Source: Malacoraja senta (Eukaryota). From it: a DNA stretch of 64,000 bases. The notes beneath the pieces are model-generated. The model made no database searches. It was not told the DNA's origin and saw nothing but the letters and a program-made list of their open reading frames with translations. The stretch covers positions 10,168,001-10,232,000 of the forward strand of contig CM075990.1 in assembly GCA_038087875.1 (NCBI GenBank), in the 5' to 3' direction. Below are positions 50,818-62,940 of this stretch, in pieces (the first letter of the stretch is position 1; each line of letters opens with the position of its first letter). Position numbers and translations under genes: made by a program.

Positions 50818-51382
50818 TCATATTTGAGTTACTAAGATTCAAGAAGGTTGTCATGCTCCTTCTTGGAGGTAAAGCACAATGAAAATGCCTTGAAAGCAAT
50901 GACGACCCAAACTGCAACACCAAATATGAGAGAGATGATATTAAGAGGGACAGAGACTAGGATCTGGATGTTTTGGATGAAATTGGTCCCAATCTAGGGG
51001 AATGACTCGCATCCTTCTCACAAGGTTCTGTGAAAGCTCCGTTGGATACCAATTCCACTGCTGGCACTTGGCACATCCACCCTTCTCACCAGGTAAGCTG
51101 TGTCATTAACTCAAAAAATGCCCAATATGAGGATAGTTTTGGGTTGCAGAGATCCAAGCATATGGCTCAAAACCAATTTATTTCAGGATCTTATATAATA
51201 AAAGCAAAGCAACTATGCAAAAAAAAATGTCGGCACTATAGTAAAAAAAAATCCCAATGACCTCTGAACCTGCAACTGCTATAAAATATGTGTGTTTTGT
51301 GGGAAATTACTTGTAGGGGGATCATGGTCAACAATATAATTTGGACTACTAACACCAATTTTCTTTAAATCTTTAAATCTCT

Positions 51383-51642
51383 AGGAAGGAACTGCAGATG
51401 CTGGTTTAAACCAAAGATAGGCACAAAAAGTTGGAGTAACTCAGCGGGACAGGCAGCATCTATGGAGAGAAGGAATGGGTGTTGTGTATTGGGTCAAGAC
51501 ACTTCTTCAAGGGTCTCTAACTTTTGAACCAATGCACTTTTAAATTTCTTCAAGAAGGGTCTCAACCCGAAACATCACCCATTCCTTCTCTCCAGAGGTG
51601 TTGCCTGTCCCGCTGAGTTACTCCAGCTTTGTTTTTATCTTC
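51383..51642. mobile_element. Penelope-derived hairpin element with a 13-bp TSD and a captured 35-bp spacer
   Basis: TSD tctttaaatctct at 51370-51382 and 51643-51655; inverted arms; spacer 51514-51548 is the reverse complement of 48936-48970 (34/35). Confidence 0.88.
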
Positions 51643-52647
51643 TCTTTAAATCTCTTATAGTCATAGATCTTCCTATAAATGACATACTACATCTGTTTTG
51701 ATTAAAACAATAATAATTTTATAACTTACTAATGTCTCTGCCATCACTAAATCATTACTAGGTTACTTTGGAAGATAAAAGTGCCTTGAGATGTCCTTTC
51801 CTGAAATTTATACTTCCCAATCTTAGTGCAGTGATCGCGATTAGAATGAGAAGAAATGTACAGAGAGGCAGCTGTCTGTCGCTGAACGTAGAGCAGAGAA
51901 ATGATCATTCCAGTACGTGGATATTTTTTTTAAAGTAAAAGTCATCAATTTAATAAATGGAGTTGAGAAACATTCCCACAGTGAGTGGTGTCCATTATCC
52001 AGCCTTGCAGTCCTGGGACTTGGCTGCCTTTGGAAGGGAGTTGATTTCTACATCATTATGCCCAGAATTTCACTGAACTGGGCCAGATTTGGAACAGGTT
52101 GGAAACATGGCTTCCCAAGCTTTGCTATCAAGCCCTATTTTCCCCAAGTGAAATATGTTTGTAAAGAACATAAAGGGAGGAAGGCAAGCATGAACAAAAT
52201 GGATGACAGTGCCAATATTTTGTGAAGGAATGAATAGTGATATTTATTCTTTGAGATTTACAAAAAATATTCTTGTGTTATTCATTATTGCATGAAATAT
52301 AATCTTACAAAGTTATACTACAATGTATTGAAGCATTTTAATGCATTTGCCATCATTTACTAATTATATTAAAAAAGCACAGAAAAGGCTGGACCACTGC
52401 TGCACTCACCGCTAAAAGGTCAGAGTTTACTTATTGGTATATATCCGAAGAAGGGCTAACTTTGGAAATAGAATATTGGTGCATCCCCCAAGACAAAAGA
52501 CAAAGCTTGTGCCTTTACAGTTCTGAAATAGGATTCACAATCTTATTATAGATGGACCATAGAAAGAGACTTGTGGAGGATGTCTGCTAGAATCTGATGT
52601 TTGATCAGGTTGGTACAGTTGGGCACCACGAGGAGTGACTTGTGACT

Positions 52648-52740
52648 ATAGACACAAAGTCCTGGAGTAACTCAGTGGGTCAGGCAGCAACTCTGGAGAA
52701 AAAGGATGGGTGACGTTTCAGGTCGGACCCCTTCTTCAGA
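52648..52740 (-). mobile_element. Penelope-derived terminal fragment
   Basis: agacacaaagtcctggagtaactcagtgggtcaggcagc...gtgacgtttcaggtcggaccccttcttcaga. Confidence 0.75.
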
Positions 52741-53554
52741 TAAACTAGTTTGCTCAAGGAGATGATAGTTTTTAAAAAAACTTGGAAATCTATGGTTTCA
52801 GATTTCTAGAATGGCAGATTAGGCTGACCAGATTGTGCAGAGTTTGCACAATTTTACAGCAAATGAATCAGACTTTGGTAGTTTTATGGCATGCAACAGG
52901 TAACAGATCTATGGAAGCAATCTAATATTAACCTCCAAATTAGAGGAAATAACGACTGGAATAAATGATACACAAATGAACATACTTGATTTAAAAATAA
53001 AAATATTTTTTTTACAATCTTTCTTTACAAATGTTTATTTTATATTCAAAAAATATATTTTCTGAAGTATGCACATTGGAAAGTTGAGACGACAATTAAT
53101 AATGCTCCAATATTCATCCACTCTCATTGCCTTCTTGATTTAAAGCATGGTTACATGTTAAATATTCCTTTATTACTCTATAATACATGTTCCTTAGTGG
53201 GCCAGGTGTGTGAATAACATATCACAAACCAGCATCTTTTAGGGTGTAGCTACAGATACACAGGAATAGAAATTCGTCGTTGTTTCCTCAAACTAAACGG
53301 GCAGTACAACATTGCTACATGTTGTATTCCCCATTACACTGTTCTGTTAATTTCATTGAAAGCAATGTTTAGGAGGAGACTGTGTATTGACCAGTACCAG
53401 GCTAGCAACACAAGAGTATGGTCTACTTGTGAGGATTGGTAAAAAATTAAATGTTAATAATCAAGGAGCCAATTCCATTCCTGAAGTTTCTGTAACACAG
53501 GGAATTATGTTGTTCATTGTGGGGGGAACATCTCGGAACTACTGTGGCACGTAC

Positions 53555-53599
53555 CTGGAATACCTCTGCGACCATGTCTTCCTTTTTCTCCTGGTGGCC
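53555..53599 (-). CDS. Collagen exon, 45 nt, phase 1-1: (G)PPGEKGRHGRRGIP(G)
   Basis: ggtttccctctag|GGCCACCA...ATTCCAG|gtacgt. Basic Gly-X-Y cluster like COL25A1 GPPGKRGKRGRRGES and COL23A1 GPPGRRGKPGRRGDP. Confidence 0.9.
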
Positions 53600-54900
53600 C
53601 TAGAGGGAAACCAGGAATATTAGTATAGTTGTCAACAAATGCGGACCATGTATCTGAGTAGACCAGTGGCACAACTGACTTAAGATGACTGTAAAATTGG
53701 AAAGCAGGGTCAAAATGTAAACGCTTGAGTTTTGATTGGGAATCTAGCAGCTTTAAAGCCCTTCTTGTTCATCATTTGGCATGGAGAGTTACACTTTAAT
53801 AGTGATGTTTCTGAGAAGCTTAAATGTAAATATACAAGTTCTACAGCTTGTATTAACAAGAGTTCTGGCTGTCTTTCACATTTCTACATACAATGAATTA
53901 TTGTTCTTGATAACCTTCTGCCTCCCTGGATTATTGATTAACTGGCCCAATATCAAGATGCTGACCTAATCTCAGATGGATAATATTTCACAATTTATGC
54001 TCTAATAAATCATTGAAGCAGGACCAAGGAGTCAACATTCCTAAACGTTCTTCAATCGTGAAAACGCACATCCATCTATGTTGCATGTAAAATGTTATAT
54101 CCCCAAGCACGAAAAACAGTAACAAGGGGAATATCCACAGCATTTCACATGAAAGCAACATTTAAAACATGAACTAGATCACTCTAAATATTTTAATGTA
54201 TATAGTATATACTTAAGAACACAGACTGTCCTCCAAAATAAACTGAACCCACACTAGAAATTGTTATAAAAACCCTTGACTACAATGCATACAATTTCAG
54301 ATCCAGAATCTCTAATCATGGATTGCATAATGGTGCATAAAACTTCAGCATGACTAATTTTAAGGTGCTAAATAGATCTCTGTCTTGCAAAATAGAATAT
54401 TTATTTGCTCTACACATATCTATTATTCCTGTAAAGTAAATCACCCGATCAAAGATGAAGTGGTGGTGTTAATGAAAGCTACCTTTAAGTTAAATGTGAG
54501 CAATTTTAATGTGGTCATTTGTTGTGATGGCCCAAGTATAAATTACATGTTTAATGAACCGCATCTTGGCTACATAATGAACAGTTCAGTCACAGTTTGC
54601 AGGGTGTGTAACAGTTCACTCAGTCCGGACATAGGGCTGGAATGTAACAATTGATATATTGATTTATCCTATTTCTAATGAAGGTGATTTCAGACGACTA
54701 AAGTGGAAGCTGGAAATATTTTCACAACGCTCCTAGATATTCCATCATCATTAAATTAATCTGTCAAACCGAAAATATCGTGATTGAGAGAAATAGAAAC
54801 TAAACCAACTTCACCATTAAGGACCAAAACTGGTACGAGCCTGTCAACACAAGGACTGTAGTTGCTGGTTTCCAAAAAAAGGCACTAAGTGCTGGATTAA

Positions 54901-55190
54901 AGCCCCTGTCCCACTTTCCCGAGTTATTCAAGAATTCCCCCGACTTTTCCGCTTGATTCAAACTCGGAAATGCCAGCCGTGGGTACCCGGGGCTATTTTT
55001 TTACTCGTGGACATTTTTCAACATGCTGAAAAAACGTCCCGACTTACCTGATGCCCCGAGTACATACGGCTGGCATTATGAGCCGCTACGAAATATCTAT
55101 GGACTCCTACGGCCTCCTACGGACATTCTCCGAGTTTGAATCAAGGGGGAAACTCAGGAGAATTCGTGAGTAACTCGGGAAAGTGGGACT
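54901..55190. mobile_element. Palindromic MITE, PIF/Harbinger (Tourist)-type, TAA TSD
   Basis: TIRs of about 65 bp (gtcccactttcccgagtta...ttgattcaaactcgga / tccgagtttgaatcaa...taactcgggaaagtgggac). TAA at 54898-54900 and 55191-55193. It splits a Penelope-end copy at gtgctgga(g/t)TAActcag. Confidence 0.85.
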
Positions 55191-57214
55191 TAACTCAGAA
55201 CATCAGGCAGCATCTCTGCTGAACATGGATAGGCAGCAGATGGGGATTGTTCTGAATAATACATGAATGGCCTGTCCACTAGGTTTAAATATCTGCAATA
55301 CTAAATAGCAAATTAATAACAGGCAGGATTATCTCACACGTTTCATATCATGATGCTTCCAACAGAATATTTTCACACTGGAGCAGATTAATATTTTACT
55401 CAACAGTTGGGAAATGTCGCACTTTGGTTTCAGGATAGTTAAGGATTCACTGACTGGTTATTTTGGCCAGTTCCCTCTGGGCACGTGATCCTCCCCATCA
55501 GATTTTACTCTGCGTCTACTCATCTGAAGCTTAATGCACAAAAGGCCACTGTGAAAATGCAGCTCAGTGTGGTGAAAACAATGCAAAATTAGTCTTGTGC
55601 AAAAAAAAATTCAAATGCTGGAGGAACTCAGCTGGCCAGGCAGCATCTGTAGCGGGAAATGGACAAACAATGTTTCATATCGGGATTCTTCTCCTTTGCA
55701 AAAAAAAAGATTACCATACACTTTCACCAACAGCTAAATTCTACATTAGTGTGGGGGGGACGGGGTGGAGGAAACTAAACACATACCATTAGATTGGCTA
55801 TCTTGCCTAACTTCTTTTCTTTTCATTTTTACACCTAGTCCCCCATCAATGGGGGTTTGGGGGAGGAGGAGAGTGGAGGGGGGCTTAAATTACCCAACAT
55901 ATCTGACCAGGAACAAAAATCACAGTCAGAAACTTAATTTACAGTAGAAACACAAAAAAACAGATGGAAATGGACACCCACACATAGGGAATCCCAAACA
56001 CTGACAACATGCTAAACTTTCTCAGCCTGCCCCCGACCACAAGTATTCAAAACCTTACACATGAAACAATCAACTCATCCAGAAACATATGATCCCAAAC
56101 ACATGTCCAAACCATTATACATAACCCAACCAAGCCCACTACACATAAAATATCAAAGGCCGCCAGTCGATAATATTAGATGTCTATATACAAAATATCA
56201 GTGGCTCATATGTACTCCAGTCCTTCCTGTGCGCAATGATTACTTGAGTCTTTCATTCTCCACCACCAAACCATATGAGTTTCAGATATAACTCTTTAAA
56301 TGTTTCGCAACTGGAGTACTAAGAAAAATCTGAATTTGATGAAAGTTTGGATGAAGTGTATTAACTCGGTTTTTTCCTCCACAAATTCTGCCTGACTTGC
56401 CGAGTGTCTCCAACATTTTCCATTATTTCAGATTTTTGGCATCTGCAGTTTGTTTTTTGCTTCAGGAAAGCCTACATTTTGATTGATAGAGCAAAATAAG
56501 CCTGATCTCTGGCTTAAATCTACCAATGAGGCGCAGCATATTCAAGTCCTACAAGCACTGTTTAAAGAACTGGTCTCAATCAGTTTTGTGTCCAACCATT
56601 CCAACAACACTGGAATAATTCGTAACTAAAAGCAGTCCAGATGAAATAGGTATGTGGGCCAGAGACTGGAGAAGTGCCTGACGAAGGTCCACTTTACAAA
56701 AAGTTACCTGTCCATTTCTTCCTCAGATGCTGCCTGGCCCACTGAGTTCCTCCAGCACTTTGTGTTCTGCTCAAGAATGCAGATCAGTTGGTCCATGGTC
56801 ATGTGTTAAACACCTTAGCTACATAAATCACCACATTCTAACATCACGGCTGAAGAATTAGTAGCCTTGTTCAATATGACAAGGTGGTCAAAGACTTTGG
56901 TGGATTATAATTGCTCAGATAAATACCAAAACCTGTTGTTGCAATCAGAAGCAGTCATGGAAAATTCCAGAATACCCAGGATGTAAAATTGCAAGAAAAA
57001 TACAGCTAAAACAAATAGCAGATGTGTAAATTTGTTCTGTTTTTAAAATATAAGAGAAAGACTTCCTTAACAAAACAGCAAGTACATTCCTAATAAAGAG
57101 ATCAACAGCCTTTAATATATTGCAATGTAAACAGCATACATCTGATGCCATTAATATTCATACCAATACATTGGTTAATACTGAATAGTGAAACGCAATA
57201 GAGTGCAGCAAAAA

Positions 57215-57362
57215 TCAAAATGCTGAAGGAATGCAATGGTTCAGGCAATATCTCCGGAGGGAATATAGTTCAGACGGAAGCAGGGTCCCGACCCAAAATG
57301 TCTTCTGTCCATTCCCTCCAAAGATGCTGCCTGATCAATTGAGTTCCTCCAGCACTTTGTTT
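57215..57362. mobile_element. Older Penelope-derived inverted element
   Basis: caaaatgctgaagga... / ...tcctccagcactttg arms with central agggtcccgacccaaaatgtc. Confidence 0.65.
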
Positions 57363-57479
57363 TTTGTTAATGTTGAATCGTGTTTACTGTCAAATAGCAA
57401 TGTTCGCAATAAATGTGAAGCTTGCAGCAGGATTTCAGAAATAAAGGACATAATATGTTTAACAACACGAGGATAGTTA

Positions 57480-58160
57480 CAGCAAACCAAAAACAAACTG
57501 CCGGTGAGACTCAGCAGGTCAAGCAATACCTGGAAGGTGAAAGAAACAGTCAAGTTTGGGTCGAGACCCTGAGTCGGGTGAGGGAAGGTAACTGAGGGTG
57601 GGGGGGAGGGTAGGGAGGGGGGAGAGGGTGGTGAGAAGGGGGTAGAAGGTCATAGGTGTTCCGAGGAGAGGTAGATGAAAGGGATAGGAGTGGAAACAGA
57701 AGAGGTGGAAGCAGACGAGGAAAACTGCAGATGGAGCCAGGAGGAAGGATGGGTGAAGGAGAGATAGAATCCGAGGGTAATGAGCAGGGGTAGACAGCTG
57801 GAATCTGAAGAGTAAGGAAGATGATAATGGGAACCAATTAAGGGAGAGTCGGGGCAGATGGGCAGATGGAACCGGATGGGAGAGGGGATCGCTGGGTGAC
57901 GTGTAGGTGGTAGGTAGATGGAGCCGGAGGGAGAGGGGGATGAAAATGGATACCGTGGGGCTGGGTATGGGGTATGTGCAAGAGAACAAAAATAGAAGGA
58001 CAGAGGAAGAGAGTTATGGGAAGGCAGGGGGTAATGGTTCCCCGAAATTGGAAAAGTCAACGTTCATACTGTTTGGTTGTAGACCTTGGCAGTGGAGAAA
58101 GCTGAGGATGGGAGGTTGAAGTGGGAATGTGAAGGCAGGTTGAAATGGCATGCAACCTAT
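57480..58160 (-). mobile_element. Older Penelope-like 3' fragment
   Basis: Minus strand GLQPNSMNVDFSNF near 58040-58085, a long CT-rich UTR and a terminal module gggtctcgacccaaac...gacctgctgagtctcacc. Confidence 0.7.
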
Positions 58161-58739
58161 ATTTTCGGATGGCTAAAGGTCAAGGCATTTTACGCATTTT
58201 CACAACGTACATATTTTCCAAGATCAGCAAATGCATTTAGTGGCATTGATGGTACTCAATCATCAGATTGCAGGTTTTGCAATAATTACTGGTTAGCACC
58301 TGAACAAGCAGGAAATAGAAGTCTTAAACTTTAATTCACCATTGCAATTTAACCAGTGAAAATTAAATCTGCAGTATAAAGATGTAGAGATGTCCGACTT
58401 AATCGCGGGGTCTGTCTTTGCCTTGAGATGCCTGATGCATGAAATGACCTGAAGGCAACAATGCTGAATGCCTTTTCAAAGCAATTGAAGCCAACAATAT
58501 ATAAACATGTTATGGAAGCGTATGAAAGATATGAGAAAAATCACCACATTCAACTACCAACAGAACTCTTCGACTGAGGAGAAGATTTCAATTTGATAGG
58601 ATTTCAACACATTAGAAAAGCTGTATATTATTTTTACAAGAACTGTTTCCCAGCAAAGGCAGCACATGTTTGGAAACTGAGGAGAAGCCCAGAGCAGATC
58701 TGTAATATTATGAAGGGTTCCTTTAGGGTAAATGTGCAA

Positions 58740-59470
58740 AGAGCTTAAGAAAAGGAGCTGGAACAGGCCACTCAGCCCCTTGAGTCTACTACACCATACA
58801 ATAAGATCACGGCAGGTCTCATCATTGATCTTAAGTCAATTTGTGGGCCTGATCTCCATTACTCTTGGTCTCCCTGCATCCCCAGATCTCCATCTTAACC
58901 TTGCACTTACTTACTAACCGAGCTTCCATAGATCTCTGAGCTGGACAATGACAATAATTCACGACGCTGAGAAGGGAAATTTCTTCTCATCTTGGTCCTA
59001 ACGGGGATCTCCATCCAATACCTCCTACCCCTACTCTAGATTCCCCCATGAGGGAAAGCATTCTCATAGCATCTACTCTGGCAAGTCTCCTAAAAATCTT
59101 CCATGTTTCGCCAAGATCATCCGTCCTTCTATACCCCAGAAAGTATAAAACCACACTTTCATCTCAGGATGCAATCTTGAGAACTTTCATTACCCAATGC
59201 TCAAGGGAAGACATTTTCCGTCCTTAAATATGGAGACCAAAACAATACAGTACTTCAAGTGTGGCCTCTCCGTGTGCGTAAACTGTTACAGCAAAACGTC
59301 TCGACTTTTGTACTTCATCGCCCTTGCAATGAAGGATAATATTCTGTCTGTCTGTCTATCTGCCTGCACTTGTCCTATGTGAGGACTCTTTAAATTCTTG
59401 CATGCATTAATCAATTACCATTTAAGCAAATTTCTGCTTTTATATTCTTGTTACAAAAGTGGATTATACC
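58740..59470 (-). mobile_element. Old degenerate CR1 fragment
   Basis: caggccactcagcccctt, aaatttcttctcatcttggtcctaa, tctagattcccc, ggagaccaaaacaatacagtacttcaagtgtgg (reverse of the LEYCVQFWSP region). Confidence 0.65.
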
Positions 59471-59519
59471 ATATCTGGAAGGGGATCCGGTACCAGAAAA
59501 AGAAGGATGATGGAACCAG

Positions 59520-59650
59520 ATAGAGTCCTAGAGTCATACAGCATGGAAATAGGCCCTTCTGCCCAATATGCCCATGCTGACCAAGATACCCCATCCACAC
59601 GAGTCCCACCTGCCTGTGTTTGGACCATATCCTTCTAAACTGTTCCAATC
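59520..59650 (-). mobile_element. CR1/HER1 3' tail
   Basis: agagtcatacagcatggaaataggcccttctgccc...gtcccacctgcctgtgtttggaccatatcc. Confidence 0.75.
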
Positions 59651-61051
59651 CGTAGGTGGGGGAGGGAATAGCTAGGACGATGCACAAGTGGGAATGGAGA
59701 GGGTGAACAAGGGAAGAGAGATCTGTGTGATTCAATTAACTTGCAGCTTTTGTTATCTCTGTTGACTTAATGTCTACATCCTTCTAGCAGCAACGGTTAT
59801 AGTCTAGTAAATTAAACTTCTGGAGCATAGGGGCGGGAAAGAGAAGGATTGCTCTGACTGAGAGCTGGATGTGGCATGATGGACCAAAAGACATTCGGCA
59901 TCATTAGAAGATAAACAAGAAGATTTGTTAAATTATGTTACAGGCTTTTTGACTCCACAACGGGTAACACAGTAGAGCTGTTGCCCAACCTCCAGTGCGG
60001 TCTGCATTGAGTTTGCACAATCTTCCTGGGAATAAGATGGGATTAATGCAAGACTGTGTGCCGTGTTTGTGGACTCATGAAAACTCGTGTTTTCATGCTA
60101 CATGACTTTATGACCTCTGTTCTAACCTGCAATGAACCACAGAAGTACTAGAAGTGTAATTTTTAAATCCAATGACATAAATTTTATTTCAAATACCATG
60201 TAATGTTTCTGATTACTGTATGAAGTTAGGTGTGAAGTTTACTTTGAAACAAATTTAATTACCGAACAGTTACCTGTTTTTTATTAACTCCAGAAGAAGC
60301 CAAATCCAAGATAGCCATAAGAACCAACTGCAGAGAACTATACTTAAAATAAGTTTAAAACTTCAATAAACTATCCCAAAATGTGAAATTTGACACAGGC
60401 ACAGAGGAAAGGGGAGAATTGTCTAGGGTGCACATAATTAGCTGATATTCTTCTGCATTCCTACTTGGAATTCCATGTATAATAAGTTAAAATAACTGAA
60501 ACAAAATTCACATTTCTTTAATCAACGTAAACCAGACGTGAACAACTAGCACCCACAATTCACTGTAAATCAACAGTGGAAGTGAATAATTCCAGCAGTA
60601 AAAGTTGATTTTGTCACGCAGGAGGTCTGGAAAGATCAGGACCACCGTGATGTCCACGCCCCAGAGAGGAGCATACAATGGAGGTTTCTGTGAGGTCATA
60701 AAAAATCTCCTTTAATAAGGGAACCCGACAGGATGCCAGAAAATGGTTCAGTGACATCAAAAGGGTGAAAGGAAAACACTGCACTAGGATGCTTGCCTTA
60801 TTCAGCTCTAGAGTGGGAGAACACCCACTTTGAGAACACCAGTACCTGCTGAGGTCAAGAGTGGCAAAACTGTTTTAAATGGAGCGTTTGTAAGAATCTG
60901 AAGCTTAGGACATTGATAAATCCACCTGGGGTTTGAGTGAGTGAACCATCATCAATTCAAGTGCAACAATCCATTGAAGCATGTGGATTATAATGCTCAA
61001 TACAAAGTGACTTACACTCTTAATTTTGACCTTCAGAATTGCTTGAATGAT

Positions 61052-62940
61052 GTCATAGAGTGATACAGTGTGGAAACAGGCCCTTCGGCCCAACTTGCCC
61101 ACACCGGCCAACAAAGTTCCAGTACACTAGTCTCACTTTCCTGCACTTGGTCCATATCCCTCCAAACCTGTTCTATCCATGTATCTGACTAATTGTTTCT
61201 TAAACGGTGGGATAGTTCCAGCCTCAACTACCACCTCTGGTAGCTTGTTCCATACACCCACCACCCTTTGTGTGAAAATGTTACCCTTCGGATCCCTATT
61301 AAATCTTTCCCCCTTCACCGATGTCCTCTGGTCCTCGATTCCCTTACTCTGGGCAAGAGACTCTGTGCACCTACCCGATCTATTCCTCTCATGATTTTGT
61401 ACACCTCTATAAGTTCACCCCTCATCCTCCTGCGCTCCATGTAATAGAGACCCAGCCTACTCAACCTCTCTCTGTAGCTCACACCCTCTAGTCCTGGCAA
61501 CATCCTCGTAAATCTTTTCTGAACCCTTTCAAGCTTGACAATATCTTTCCTATAATATGGTGCCCAGAACTGAACACAATATTCTAAATGTGGTCTCACC
61601 TGACTAAAGGCCAATGTGCCAAAAGCCTTTTTGACCACCTTATCCACCTGCGACTCGACCTTTAAGGAACCATGCATCTGTACTCCTAGATCCCTCTGCC
61701 TTACAAGACTACCCAGAGGCCTACCATTTACTGTGTAGGACCTGCCCTTGTTCGACGTCCCAAGATACAACACCTCACACTTCTCTGGATTAAATTCCAT
61801 CAACCATTCCTCCGCCCACCTGGCCAATTGACCCAGACCCTGCTGCAATCTTTCACAAACATCTTCACTATCTGCGAAACCACTCAATGTTGTATCATCA
61901 GCAAACTTGCTAATCCTGCCCTGTATGTTCTCATCCAAATCATTGATGTAGATGACAAACAGTAACGGGCCCAGCACCGAACCGTGAGGCACACCACTAG
62001 TCACAAGACTCCAGTCCGAGAAGCGACATTCCACCATCAGCCTTCCATGGAGCCAATTTGCTATCCATTCAGCTATCTCTCCTTGGATCCCATGCGATCT
62101 AACCTTCCAGAGCAGCCAACCATGCGGAACCTTGTTGAATGCCTTACTGAAATCCATGTACACAACATCTAAAGCTCTGCCTTCATCAACCTTTTTGGTC
62201 ACATCTTCAAAAAAAATCTATCAAATTTGTGAGACACGACCTCCCACGTACAAAACCATGCTGACTATCCCTAATCAGCCCTTGCCCATCCAAATGCCTG
62301 TATAACCCATCCTTCAGAATACTCTCCAGTAACTTTCCAACTACAGATGTTAAGCTCGCCAGCCTATAGTGCCCAGCATTTTCCCTGCAGCCCTTCTTGA
62401 AAAGAGGCACAACATTTGCCATCCTCCAGTCTTCCGGCACCTCTCCTGTATTTAAGGACGACTCGTAAATTTCAACCAGGGCTCCTGCAATTTCCTCTCT
62501 AGTTTCCCACAATGTCCTTGGATATATCTGATCAGGCCCTGGAGATTTATCTACCTACCTTCATACACGACAGTACCTTCAGTACTTCTTCGACGGTAAC
62601 ACTGACTGCTCTCAATCCATTTCCATTGACTGCCCTAAGTTCCTCCATCCTACTGTCTTTGTCCTTTGTAAATACTGAAGAGAAATACTCATTGAGGACC
62701 TTGCCCATCTCCTGTGGCTTCACACAGAGGTGACCGCTTTGATTCCTGAGAGGTCCCACTCTCTCTCTAATTACCCTTTTACCCATTATGTATTTATAAA
62801 ATCTTTTGGGATTGTCCTTAATGCTACGCACCAGAGCTATCTCCTGGCCCCTTTTTGCCCTTCTGATCGTATTTTTCAGTTTACTCCGCTCCCGAAACTC
62901 CTCCAGGGATGCACTAGATCCCAGCTGCCTATACCTGTCT
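61052..62940 (-). mobile_element. 5'-truncated CR1 (HER1-like) LINE of about 1.9 kb with frameshifted ORF2 RT
   Basis: ORFs 62547..62831, 62207..62512, 61315..62202 and 61133..61318 carry NPKRFYKYI, VPEDWRMANVVPLFKKG, QHGF..GRSCLTNL, DVVYMDFSKAF, SGVPHGSVLGPLLFVIYINDL, FADD, LEYCVQFW and FTQRVVGVWN. The 3' tail is shared with the HE1 SINEs. Confidence 0.95.

Larger units (their letters stand above)
2503..53599 (-). other. Partial multi-exon MACIT collagen gene (COL13A1/COL23A1/COL25A1 family): COL1, NC2 and start of COL2; 17 exons in window
   Basis: 17 GT-AG exons join in one open frame of Gly-X-Y repeats with a non-collagenous interruption. The peptides GISIIGPRGPP, GQPGARGFPGYP, GPIGLDGK, GSKGDM and AALRLNQI follow the recalled human COL13A1 order. 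The 45-nt + 8-nt exon pair and GLPGPKGEK resemble COL23A1/COL25A1. Paralog not resolved. Confidence 0.9.

Noticed and set aside
55041-55050. acttacctg as a U1 snRNA 5' end
   Set aside because: Only 9 nt match, and what follows is MITE sequence, not U1.
5746-57362. Recurring repeat with variable centres as a CRISPR-like array
   Set aside because: Copies are dispersed, in both orientations, TSD-flanked and tied to Penelope coding sequence; this is eukaryotic DNA with no regular spacing.
61315-62202. 295-aa RT ORF as a functional or novel reverse transcriptase system
   Set aside because: Ordinary 5'-truncated CR1 ORF2, broken by frameshifts and internal deletions.
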